Positions 1 through 8,229 of a stretch of 64,000 nt of DNA are shown piece after piece (positions within the stretch are counted from its first letter, which is position 1; every line of letters starts with the position of its first letter). Source of the DNA: Bacillota bacterium. GTDB lineage: Bacteria; Bacillota; Clostridia; Christensenellales; SZUA-584. The stretch is from NCBI GenBank assembly GCA_023436115.1, contig JAEZKQ010000024.1, positions 42,788-106,787 on the forward strand, written 5' to 3'. The notes under the pieces were generated by a model. It did no database searches and was not told the DNA's origin. It saw only the letters and a program-made list of their open reading frames with translations. The position numbers and the translations under genes are program-made.

Positions 1-623
1 GGCCTCTTTGGTTTATTGACAGGCAGGCTTTGCATCTTATCCATGCACCTGCGATACGCCGCCACCACATCCTTTTTATTGTCCGATTGGCGAAGCTCCT
101 CCAGGAAATCGGCCTTTGCCGCCTCAAAAGAGCCGTTTTCCAATTCAAAGCCTATGTTCTTGCGTATGTAGTCGTCCACCTCATCCATACACTCGACCAT
201 CTTCACAGCGGCCAGCAACGCAGCGGCAACCTTTTTGATTGAAAAATTCGGATTGATTTTCTTAAATTCCGGTATAAATGTATAAGGCTTTGAGTATTCA
301 GCGTGGGCAAGATTCACAAAATCCACTTTATATCCAAGATCGCGCACGATCTGTTCGTGCAGCTCGCCGTAATAGCCAAGCCGGCACGCACCGCCTGTCT
401 GAACCAGCATATCCGCGCCGCTCTCAATCGCCTCAATAAAGCTGCCAAGGTTATATTTAAAAGGCGCGCACACAAAATCAGGACTATACCGGCTGCCCAG
501 CTCCAGTGTCCGTTTCGTCATGGGCGGCGGAATCACGTAATCTGACTCGAGCCCGCGCGTCACCAAAAACTCCAGCGGTATGCAGTAGTCTCCGAAATGC
601 GGGAATGTGACCTTACGCTTCAT
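1..623 (-). CDS. acyl-CoA dehydratase activase-related protein (DUF2229-like), C-terminus beyond window edge
   Basis: Minus-strand frame opens with ATG at 621-623 (MKRKVTFPHFGDYCIPLEFLVTRG...) and stays open to position 1. Its start overlaps the stop of the upstream ORF by 11 nt. Confidence 0.55.
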   Translation of the reverse strand, partial: MKRKVTFPHFGDYCIPLEFLVTRGLESDYVIPPPMTKRTLELGSRYSPDFVCAPFKYNLGSFIEAIESGADMLVQTGGACRLGYYGELHEQIVRDLGYKVDFVNLAHAEYSKPYTFIPEFKKINPNFSIKKVAAALLAAVKMVECMDEVDDYIRKNIGFELENGSFEAAKADFLEELRQSDNKKDVVAAYRRCMDKMQSLPVNKPKR

Positions 624-1539
624 TGTCTCTTGCCTCCCGTTTAAACCGAATGATGTCGATAAAGCTCTCAAGGCGCGTTTCTATGCCCGCATCCGCTTCC
701 TGGCTGTCCAGCAGCAGATTGAGTATGGGTTTGCCGTGAACGCGCCGTATCAGTATTTCATTGACAAGTGAGTCGGGCCCGCACGGGAACGTACTCATCA
801 GAATAATACCGTCCACCTTGTCAGCATACTCGCGCACCGCGCCCACCAGCTCCCTGTTATACATCCACGGCAGGCTGTCAGTCAGCTCTAAGCTTCTCTC
901 CCGCGCTTTTCGTCTGTTGACGATGTCTGCGATAATGGGCGTTGTCCCCAGCTCTCGCAATGTCCTGAGAACCGGCTCACCCACAAACTTGTCATATATG
1001 TTATAGGCGTGGCCGACAACAAGCACCTTAAGCCCACTGCCCGCCAGCAGCTCATTCTGCGCCCGCAACTCATCCGCTTCGGTCTGGCGTTCGGCCAGCT
1101 TGGCCAGCGTGTAAGCGCGAAACGATGCGGCCCGTCCCTTATCGAGCTTCCTGCCAAGATGCATGAACGCTTTCAATTCTCCCTTGGAGCGACGGACATC
1201 AATATTCATATCAAGCAGCTTGGGAGATTGAGCACGAAAAGTATTGCGGACAATATCATAGAGCGCTTCAAATTTCGTGCAGAGGATGCCGTCTTTGCCG
1301 AAGTTGGATATACGGGGAACAAAGATCTTATCGCATTTGCCGATCAGATAATCCACATGCCCCAAATATATTTTGGACGATAGACATGTTTCGTCGATAG
1401 CGAGCATGGTGCCTCTGCTTAGTATCTCTTTATTTGTATCGGGGCTTACTATCACTTCGGTATCAAGCGCCTCAAAAAAAGTTTCCCAGAGGGTTCGATA
1501 TCTGTAATATAAAAAAGCTTTTGGTATACCGACTTTCAT
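613..1539 (-). CDS. acyl-CoA dehydratase activase-related / CoA-enzyme activase accessory protein
   Basis: ORF 613..1560. GGAGG lies 5 nt before the internal ATG at 1539 (MKVGIPKAFLYYRY...). Family resemblance is by eye only. Confidence 0.55.
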   Translation of the reverse strand: MKVGIPKAFLYYRYRTLWETFFEALDTEVIVSPDTNKEILSRGTMLAIDETCLSSKIYLGHVDYLIGKCDKIFVPRISNFGKDGILCTKFEALYDIVRNTFRAQSPKLLDMNIDVRRSKGELKAFMHLGRKLDKGRAASFRAYTLAKLAERQTEADELRAQNELLAGSGLKVLVVGHAYNIYDKFVGEPVLRTLRELGTTPIIADIVNRRKARERSLELTDSLPWMYNRELVGAVREYADKVDGIILMSTFPCGPDSLVNEILIRRVHGKPILNLLLDSQEADAGIETRLESFIDIIRFKREARDNEA

Positions 1540-1902
1540 ACTAACCTCCATTTTGCACATGTATTATATCATAGGTCGTCGGCTCATGAATACGAGGAAC
1601 ATGAAGAACATGCTTGAAGATACATAAAGCTTTAAATAAGCCCATATGGTATAATCAAACTACCCTACTTATCATCTTGAGAACAGTGATTTTATTTGTA
1701 CGAACAGAGGAAGTGACCTGCCATGAAAGAATAAATCAAAGTTCTGTGAAATGGAAGTCACAATTTAATAATCGGGGGTAAATGCAAGCCACTGATTCGG
1801 CGCATATGGTTGGGGCACTTAAATATGCCTTCTTGAAATACCCCTTATTTGCTTTATAATAATAGGTAGTCTTAAAGCTATCATTTGAAAGGAAATAGAA
1901 AC

Positions 1903-3078
1903 ATGGAAAACTTTACGTTTTACAGTCCGACATATTTTGTTTTCGGAAAAGGTGAAGAAAACAATACGGGACAGTACGTCAAGCGTTTTGGCGGCAAAAA
2001 GATACTGATCCATTACGGGGGCGGTTCTGTGGTCCGCTCAGGGCTTATGGATCGGGTGAAAGCTTCGCTTAAACAAGAAGGCATTGGATTCATCGAATTG
2101 GGCGGCGCCCGGCCAAACCCCAGAAGCGGGCTAGTCTACGAGGGTATTGATATTTGCCGCAAAGAAAGCATAGACTTTGTTTTGGCCGTGGGCGGCGGCA
2201 GCGCAATCGATTCAGCCAAAGCTATTGCTGCGGGTGCGGTATACGACGGCGACTTCTGGGACTTTTTTCAAGGGAAACCCGTGACCAAGGCTCTGCCTGT
2301 CGCGACCATACTTACCATTTCGGCTGCGGGCAGCGAAGGCTCTCCCGACACTGTTATCACAAACGAAAACGGTATGTTCAAGCGCGGCGCCCGCGGCGAA
2401 GCCCTAAGTCCTGTGTTTTCAATACTCAATCCCGCGCTGACACAGACGCTTCCCCCGTTCCAAACGGCCTGCGGTATCACCGATATCATGGCGCATCTGT
2501 TTGAGCGCTACTTTACGACAACAAAAGAGGTGGAAGTCACCGACCGAATGATAGAAGCACTGCTGTTGACGATGATTCATGAAGGGCCGCGTGCCATGGA
2601 GGACACGAATAACTATCAAGCACGCGCCAATATTATGTGGGCAGGCATGATGGCTCACAACAACTCATGCGGTGTCGGCAGGGTTCAGGATTGGGCCAGC
2701 CACGACATCGAACATGAACTCAGCGCTATTTACGACTGTGCCCATGGTGCGGGTCTTGCCGTTGTGATTCCGGCATGGATGACTTATGTGTATAAGCACG
2801 ATGTGGCCCGTTTCGCCCAGTTTGCCGTGCGTGTGTGGGGATGTCAGATGGACTTTGCAAACCCCGAGAATACGGCAAAAGCGGGTATTGCGGCACTCAA
2901 GCGTTTCTTTAGATCCATAGGCATGCCGACTAATTTTGAAGAGCTGGGCGCGAAAGAAGAAGATATCGAAAGAATGGCGCATATGGCATGCTTCGGAGAC
3001 GGCCGCGGCGGGACCATCGGCGGCTTTGTCAAACTCGACGAAACGGATGTGGCTAATATCTATCGTCTCATGTTATAA
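1903..3078 (+). CDS. iron-containing alcohol dehydrogenase (NADH-dependent butanol dehydrogenase-like)
   Basis: MENFTFYSPTYFVFGKG..., GGGSAIDSAKAI motif and His-rich metal-site region, typical of the group III Fe-ADH family. Confidence 0.85.
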   Translation: MENFTFYSPTYFVFGKGEENNTGQYVKRFGGKKILIHYGGGSVVRSGLMDRVKASLKQEGIGFIELGGARPNPRSGLVYEGIDICRKESIDFVLAVGGGSAIDSAKAIAAGAVYDGDFWDFFQGKPVTKALPVATILTISAAGSEGSPDTVITNENGMFKRGARGEALSPVFSILNPALTQTLPPFQTACGITDIMAHLFERYFTTTKEVEVTDRMIEALLLTMIHEGPRAMEDTNNYQARANIMWAGMMAHNNSCGVGRVQDWASHDIEHELSAIYDCAHGAGLAVVIPAWMTYVYKHDVARFAQFAVRVWGCQMDFANPENTAKAGIAALKRFFRSIGMPTNFEELGAKEEDIERMAHMACFGDGRGGTIGGFVKLDETDVANIYRLML

Positions 3079-3107
3079 CAAGAAGAACGACAATTTACAA
3101 AGCAAAT

Positions 3108-3136
3108 AAAAAACGAGTCTCAACGGCTCGTTTTTA
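3108..3136. terminator. bidirectional intrinsic terminator
   Basis: CGAGTC/GGCTCG stem (one GU pair) flanked by an A-run and a T-run, between convergent genes. Confidence 0.6.
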
Positions 3137-3142
3137 TTTTAT

Positions 3143-4267
3143 CTATTTATCTCTCTCACAAAGCAGCATGGTGACATCGTCCGCACGCATCTGCGTGAAC
3201 TTTCGCTTGATCTCATCAAGAAGCTGCTTGCCATGCAGGCTTTCGCTCAATAGGATATCGCTTAAGTCCTGACGCGAGGCCTGTTCGGTGTGAATACCGT
3301 CCAACCCGTCGGTATAAAGGAAAAGTCTCTCGCCTTTCTCGAGTACGCCCTCAAATTCGTCGCGCCGGGCGTTGTCCACCCAGCGGCATATCGGCGTACC
3401 GGGCAGCAGAATCTCCTTGATCTGACCGTTTCCGGCGATCAGCGGCGGCACGCTGTGCCCCGCGTTGGCACAGACAAACGCGCCTGTTTCCGGTTCCAAC
3501 GCCGCGATGAATATTGTAATGTATATACTTTCCTCTGTATTAAGCTCCTCAAAAGAATCCTGTATGTTGCGCAGCACCTGTGCGGGCGAAACGCCCGGCG
3601 CTTTACATTGCGCAAACATCTCCTGCCGCAGGTAAACGGTAAGCATCGCGGGCATAACGCCATGCCCAGATACATCTGCGATATACATGATGATGCGTCC
3701 GTCACGCGTTATAAAGCAGTCGTACATATCACCGCCCAACGCTTCGCAGGGAAGGAACTCAGCTCCGAAACGGTACCCCTCCAGCTTGGGCAGAGTGTGG
3801 CGTAATATAGAAAGCTGAAGGCTACGCGCGATCTCCAAATCCTTCATCATGCGCGAGTTGTTGGCCATCAGCTTCTCTTTTAAATTCTGTTCTTTTGTAA
3901 TGTCGGAATAAATCTCCAGAGCATAAATACCGTTGTCATAGACCACCGGCCCGGCAGTGACGGAATAAATCCGGCCGTGCACCTGCGTGATGGTACTGTA
4001 TCGCCGCCGGTATCGTATGCACTTTTGCGCAATACAGTCACTGCAGCGGCTGCTGGCACCCGGCAGCTTTTCACACTTTAAGCCCAGGCCATCTCCGAAT
4101 CTTTCTCTGAGTGCACTGTTCGAAAAAAGCACACGCCCTTGTGCATCAATCACTCGCACCATATCCGGAATTTCATCCAATACAGCAACAGAAAAAGCGT
4201 TTGTACAGAACACCCCTACATCCTGCATATCAATTACCCCTGAAATAAACTCATTCATGCCAAGCAT
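3143..4267 (-). CDS. PAS-domain PP2C/SpoIIE-family serine phosphatase
   Basis: N-terminal PAS-like segment (MVRVIDAQGRVLFSNSA). C-terminal SpoIIE/PP2C motifs (GGDMYDCF, DVSGHGVMPAM, LYTDG). Confidence 0.8.
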   Translation of the reverse strand: MLGMNEFISGVIDMQDVGVFCTNAFSVAVLDEIPDMVRVIDAQGRVLFSNSALRERFGDGLGLKCEKLPGASSRCSDCIAQKCIRYRRRYSTITQVHGRIYSVTAGPVVYDNGIYALEIYSDITKEQNLKEKLMANNSRMMKDLEIARSLQLSILRHTLPKLEGYRFGAEFLPCEALGGDMYDCFITRDGRIIMYIADVSGHGVMPAMLTVYLRQEMFAQCKAPGVSPAQVLRNIQDSFEELNTEESIYITIFIAALEPETGAFVCANAGHSVPPLIAGNGQIKEILLPGTPICRWVDNARRDEFEGVLEKGERLFLYTDGLDGIHTEQASRQDLSDILLSESLHGKQLLDEIKRKFTQMRADDVTMLLCERDK

Positions 4268-4331
4268 AGCCTTTTTTAAGGCTCGTCCGCTTTAAAGCGT
4301 CTTATTGGTACATACGGCATGTATTTATTGA

Positions 4332-4598
4332 TCAGTCTGCCAGCTGATCTTTATAATACCTATGGTAAAGCTCTTCCAGTTCCATTTCGTCCACCACAAG
4401 CTGATCCAGTACTGTACTCTGGTTAAGAATACACAAATCTGAACCCATGTTAATTTCTCCGCTTTTAAAACGCGCCGAAACCATGTCTTCAAGTTTTCTT
4501 TGTTCTTCCTGTAATTTGTGGCGAATCCTGATTCGTTCTAAATCTAAAACCGCATAGCTTTGCGCTTTCACGGTCTTAGAACCTGTGAAATGCTCCAT
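4332..4598 (-). CDS. hypothetical coiled-coil protein
   Basis: ORF 4332..4631. GGGGGG lies 7 nt before the ATG at 4598 (MEHFTGSK...). No family recognised. Confidence 0.4.
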   Translation of the reverse strand: MEHFTGSKTVKAQSYAVLDLERIRIRHKLQEEQRKLEDMVSARFKSGEINMGSDLCILNQSTVLDQLVVDEMELEELYHRYYKDQLAD

Positions 4599-5048
4599 AA
4601 TACTACCCCCCATAAACTGACCATAGCTCACATACTAAGTCCGGCGATACTCCCGCAGCCCTGTTCCCTATCCTCACAAGGAATTTGATTTCCTTTAGAG
4701 AAACTCGAACCGCTTTGATTGACTCGCTTAAATGCTACCTTGCTTTAAGCAACCAATAATGACAACCACCCGATCTTATATTATGTTTAAATTCTCCTCG
4801 AAATATGAGCCATATCCTTATATTTTTCTACGGATTTTCGACCTTTTTTCATTATTTCGAAGAATTTAAGTAATCACAACCTCCATATGATACCTTAGAC
4901 TAATAATATCACACAAAATATCATAATTGTATAGCATTTCGACAAAAAAAGTGTAAAAAATAGAAACATATTTGCTTTAATTCCTGATATCTGCATGATA
5001 ATATGGGTTTAATGCAAACATATATACGCTTTTTAGGGGATATTAAGA

Positions 5049-5525
5049 TTGCACAGCATAACCATATACAAAGGACAGCGCAGAATCATACTGACGAACC
5101 AAAATAAAACTATATTAGAATGCGCAATCGGCCTGGGGCCTTTTCCTTTGGGCCCAAAAGGCCTTGAGGGTGACGGCAGAACACCGGAAGGGTGTTATTT
5201 TGTATGCACACGTAACGAACGTTCCAAATATACGCTCTTTTTGGGTATTAGTTACCCTTCGCCTTTAGACGCTCAATCCGCTTACCAGAACGGCCTGCTG
5301 ACTTATTCGCAGCTTGCAGCTATTGATAACGCCTGCTCGAATAAGCTTCGCCCGCCGTGGGATACGCCCCTCGGAGGACAGATCGGTATCCATGGAGGCG
5401 GTATTGAAAGGCCGGATGGCTGTCTTGCTGACAACACGGCAGGCTGTATCGCATTGCGAGACGAGGATATCAAAAAACTCTGGCCGCTCGCCCAAATCGG
5501 AACGCCTGTTATCATAAAACCTTAG
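5049..5525 (+). CDS. YkuD-family L,D-transpeptidase domain protein without signal peptide
   Basis: IGIHGGG ... AGCIALRDED matches the YkuD His/Cys active-site pattern. TTG start follows AGGGGA. No hydrophobic N-terminus. Confidence 0.7.
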   Translation: MHSITIYKGQRRIILTNQNKTILECAIGLGPFPLGPKGLEGDGRTPEGCYFVCTRNERSKYTLFLGISYPSPLDAQSAYQNGLLTYSQLAAIDNACSNKLRPPWDTPLGGQIGIHGGGIERPDGCLADNTAGCIALRDEDIKKLWPLAQIGTPVIIKP

Positions 5526-5563
5526 TTTCTATCCATCTATTCCATAAATTATTAGTTTTTTGA

Positions 5564-5602
5564 TTGACAAACTCTATGTTACATTGTAATATTACATTGT
5601 AA
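5564..5602 (+). promoter_or_regulatory. sigma-A-type promoter overlapped by twin BlaI/MecI-type operators
   Basis: TTGACA (5564-5569), 17-nt spacer, TAATAT (5587-5592). Palindrome TTACATTGTAA occurs twice (5579-5589, 5592-5602). Confidence 0.6.
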
Positions 5603-5632
5603 CGTAACGATTTTCATTATCAGGAGGCTTCC

Positions 5633-6001
5633 ATGTCCAATATTCCAAAAATCGGTGAGAGCGAGTGGTATGTCTTAAAAGCGCTGTGGGAGAAAGCCCC
5701 TCTGAGCGGCAACGATATCGTTAAGGCTGTCAGCGCACATACCGACTGGTCTTCGAGTACCATACTCACGATGCTCAGACGTCTTGTCAAAAAGAAAGCG
5801 GTCGCAGTCGAACAGCACGATGTCATGATGTATTATCCCATCGTTAACGAAAGCGATGTGGTGCGCATGGAGACGGATATGTTTTTAAATCGCGTTTATA
5901 GAGGCTCCGTGAGACTGATGGTTAAAGGTTTCCTGGAAGAAGGCAAGTTATCCGAGCAGGAGCTGGACGAGCTGAAAAAACTGCTCGACAGCCAAAAGTG
6001 A
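5633..6001 (+). CDS. BlaI/MecI/CopY-family winged-helix repressor
   Basis: 122 aa. EWYVLKALWEKAPLSGNDIV...SSSTILTMLRRLVKKKAV is typical of the family. AGGAGG RBS. Confidence 0.85.
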   Translation: MSNIPKIGESEWYVLKALWEKAPLSGNDIVKAVSAHTDWSSSTILTMLRRLVKKKAVAVEQHDVMMYYPIVNESDVVRMETDMFLNRVYRGSVRLMVKGFLEEGKLSEQELDELKKLLDSQK

Positions 6002-6012
6002 GGTGATCCCGT

Positions 6013-7977
6013 ATGTCAAACATTTTTGTATGGATATTGCGCATATCGGCAGAAGCCGCGATACTGGCTGTGCTGATACTGGGCGCTCGCGCTATCATTG
6101 CCCGACGTCCGGGCATCTGGCTGACTCTGCTTTACGCGCTTATCGCTTTGCGGCTGATTGTACCGTTTACTGTTTCCAGCCCTTTGAGTGTACAGAATAT
6201 CTGGCCTATACAAAGCGCACAGATCGTCTTGGATCAGAATACTGAATCGGTGCGCATAGCTTTAGACTATGATGCTGTATCCGCGTCAGAAGGTACAGAA
6301 GAATCTTTTAAGGCTCCGGTGACACAGCCGGTTTATGAGCCGGCAAATGACGCAAACAGCACCGCAAATGTTTCAAACCTAAAACCGGATGTCACAGGCA
6401 GCGCGCAGCAAGCCGCTGCAAAACAGGTGCCGCTGCTCGAAATCGGCGTTTGTATATGGATTGCGGGTATGGTTATCTTATCAGGCATTATACTGACAGG
6501 AAACGTGGCTTTCAGGCGGCGTTTGCGGCACAACCGCGACTATGACGACCCGCAGTTTACAAAGCTGTTGGCCGAATGCCGAGCCGCTCTCGGACTTAAA
6601 AAGAAAATACGTGCCATACGCGCCAGTGAGGCAGGCACAGCCGCGGTATATGGCATACTGCGTCCGATGCTGCTCATTTCACCTCAAGCTTTTGAGGCGC
6701 TGAATACAGCGCAAAAGCGCCATGTTTTAATGCACGAGCTTTCCCACATCCGCCGTCTTGATACGCTGGTATGCACAATGGCGACGGTCTTGAATATCAT
6801 CCACTGGTTCAACCCGCTTCTATGGATCGTTTTCGCTTTGATGCGACGCGATATTGAGGTGCAGTGCGACGCATATATTTTCCGCACGATGCCGGCAACA
6901 GAGCGCACAGATTATGCGGGCACTCTGCTGACGCTGGCAGGCCCCGTGCAAACGCCAAAGCTTGCGCCCGCACTGTTTATCAGCAAGGCCAGTGTGAAGA
7001 GGAGAATTGTGATGGTAGTCAGACATAAAAAGAAGTCAGGTCTGTTCACAGCGGTCGCGCTGCTGCTTACGCTGCTGGTTGCGGTAACGGGCTGCACAAC
7101 CGCAATGGATTACACAGCAGCTGATAACGCCCCTCTTCCAGAAACGCAAGTGAATCCGGCTGAACAAACACCACCCGCTGCCCCAAGTGAAACGGCAACG
7201 GCTGATGGGGTCACGGTGACGCCTGCCTCCACACCCGCCAAAGAGCCTGAACTGATGGCGACATTTACAGTGGATAACAGCAACCATAATAACGCGAACC
7301 GCATGTACAATGTGCAAAAAGCCGCTGACTTAATAAACGGTCTCGTAATCAAGCCCGGTGAGACAATATCGCTCAACGACATTTTAGGTCCGCGGAAAGT
7401 AGCAACTGGCTGGAAAGAGGCGGCGGGAATCGAAGGCAATGCTTATGTAGCTGAACCGGGCGGCGGTGTCTGTGCAGTATCCAGCGCGATTTATAACGCG
7501 GCGATTCGGGCTGAACTTGATATCGTGGAAGTCAAACAGCATTCCATTCCGGCAGATTATATAGACCCCGGTCTTGATGCGTCGATCAGCACAGGCAGCC
7601 CCGATCTCAAGATAAAGAATTCTTATGGCAGCGATGTTACCATCGAAACAGTGCTCGAAGACATGTTACTGACAGTCAATATTTATGGCCCGCCGCTTGG
7701 CTATACGGTGGACTTCCGGTCTGAAAAGGCAGGTACGGGTGAAACGCCGGAAACGCAGTATATTTACAACACCGAAACGGCACCGGACGGCACGGTCATC
7801 CCGCCGGGTAAAAGCCTGCAATATCGCGCTGCAACACCCGAAAAGACGTTTGATATATACAAAACACAATATGACCTTGACGGCAATGAGATTAATACAT
7901 TGATTTACGCAAAAATTACGTATGGACCGGTTACAGGTATCATTTACGTGAACGGCCCCGATCCCAATAAGCAATGA
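6013..7977 (+). CDS. BlaR1/MecR1-type M56 signal-transducing metalloprotease fused to an extracellular VanW + G5-like module
   Basis: Multi-TM N-terminal half with HELSH (6733-6747). A TM lies at about aa 343-360, followed by a Pro/Thr linker. From about nt 7255 the sequence carries VanW strings shared with the ORFs at 43854 and 45689. Confidence 0.8.
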   Translation: MSNIFVWILRISAEAAILAVLILGARAIIARRPGIWLTLLYALIALRLIVPFTVSSPLSVQNIWPIQSAQIVLDQNTESVRIALDYDAVSASEGTEESFKAPVTQPVYEPANDANSTANVSNLKPDVTGSAQQAAAKQVPLLEIGVCIWIAGMVILSGIILTGNVAFRRRLRHNRDYDDPQFTKLLAECRAALGLKKKIRAIRASEAGTAAVYGILRPMLLISPQAFEALNTAQKRHVLMHELSHIRRLDTLVCTMATVLNIIHWFNPLLWIVFALMRRDIEVQCDAYIFRTMPATERTDYAGTLLTLAGPVQTPKLAPALFISKASVKRRIVMVVRHKKKSGLFTAVALLLTLLVAVTGCTTAMDYTAADNAPLPETQVNPAEQTPPAAPSETATADGVTVTPASTPAKEPELMATFTVDNSNHNNANRMYNVQKAADLINGLVIKPGETISLNDILGPRKVATGWKEAAGIEGNAYVAEPGGGVCAVSSAIYNAAIRAELDIVEVKQHSIPADYIDPGLDASISTGSPDLKIKNSYGSDVTIETVLEDMLLTVNIYGPPLGYTVDFRSEKAGTGETPETQYIYNTETAPDGTVIPPGKSLQYRAATPEKTFDIYKTQYDLDGNEINTLIYAKITYGPVTGIIYVNGPDPNKQ

Positions 7978-8047
7978 TTTATTTTAACACAAGAGCTGTG
8001 TAAACTCATCTCACAGATTGTACAGATTAAATCTATAATTAGAAATC

Positions 8048-8176
8048 GTGGGCAAATCGGGCTTTGCCCGTGAAGCCCACACAATGCGGTTTTGCGTAGT
8101 TTCGAGCAAAGCGAGGAGCAAGGCGTAGCAAACAAAACCGATAAACTGGCGGAAAACCGAAAGTTTTTCGACAAGC
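8048..8176 (+). repeat. structured intergenic repeat, copy A (partner at 33099-33217)
   Basis: Aligns by eye with copy B: GTGGGCAA.TCGGGCTTT.GCCCG..., CGGTTTTGCG, CAAAACCG, ACTGGCGGAAAACC...GTTTTTCG.CAAGC. Confidence 0.65.
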
Positions 8177-8229
8177 TAAGGGATGTGCAAAGCGCTCATC
8201 CCTTAATTCTTTAATGATGATTTCCAATA

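Noticed and set aside
1645-1900. A TGgTATAAT extended -10 about 250 nt upstream of the Fe-ADH gene, suggesting a riboswitch-like leader.
   Set aside because: A second, better-placed promoter (TTGAAA...TATAAT around 1832-1860) exists. Only small hairpins and a GGAAGT[GC]AC duplication are visible, and no known RNA motif was recognised.
4332-4598. The 88-aa protein as a Spo0E-family phosphatase.
   Set aside because: It has NQSTVLDQL rather than the SQELD signature, with an extra residue in the spacing. The resemblance is too weak.
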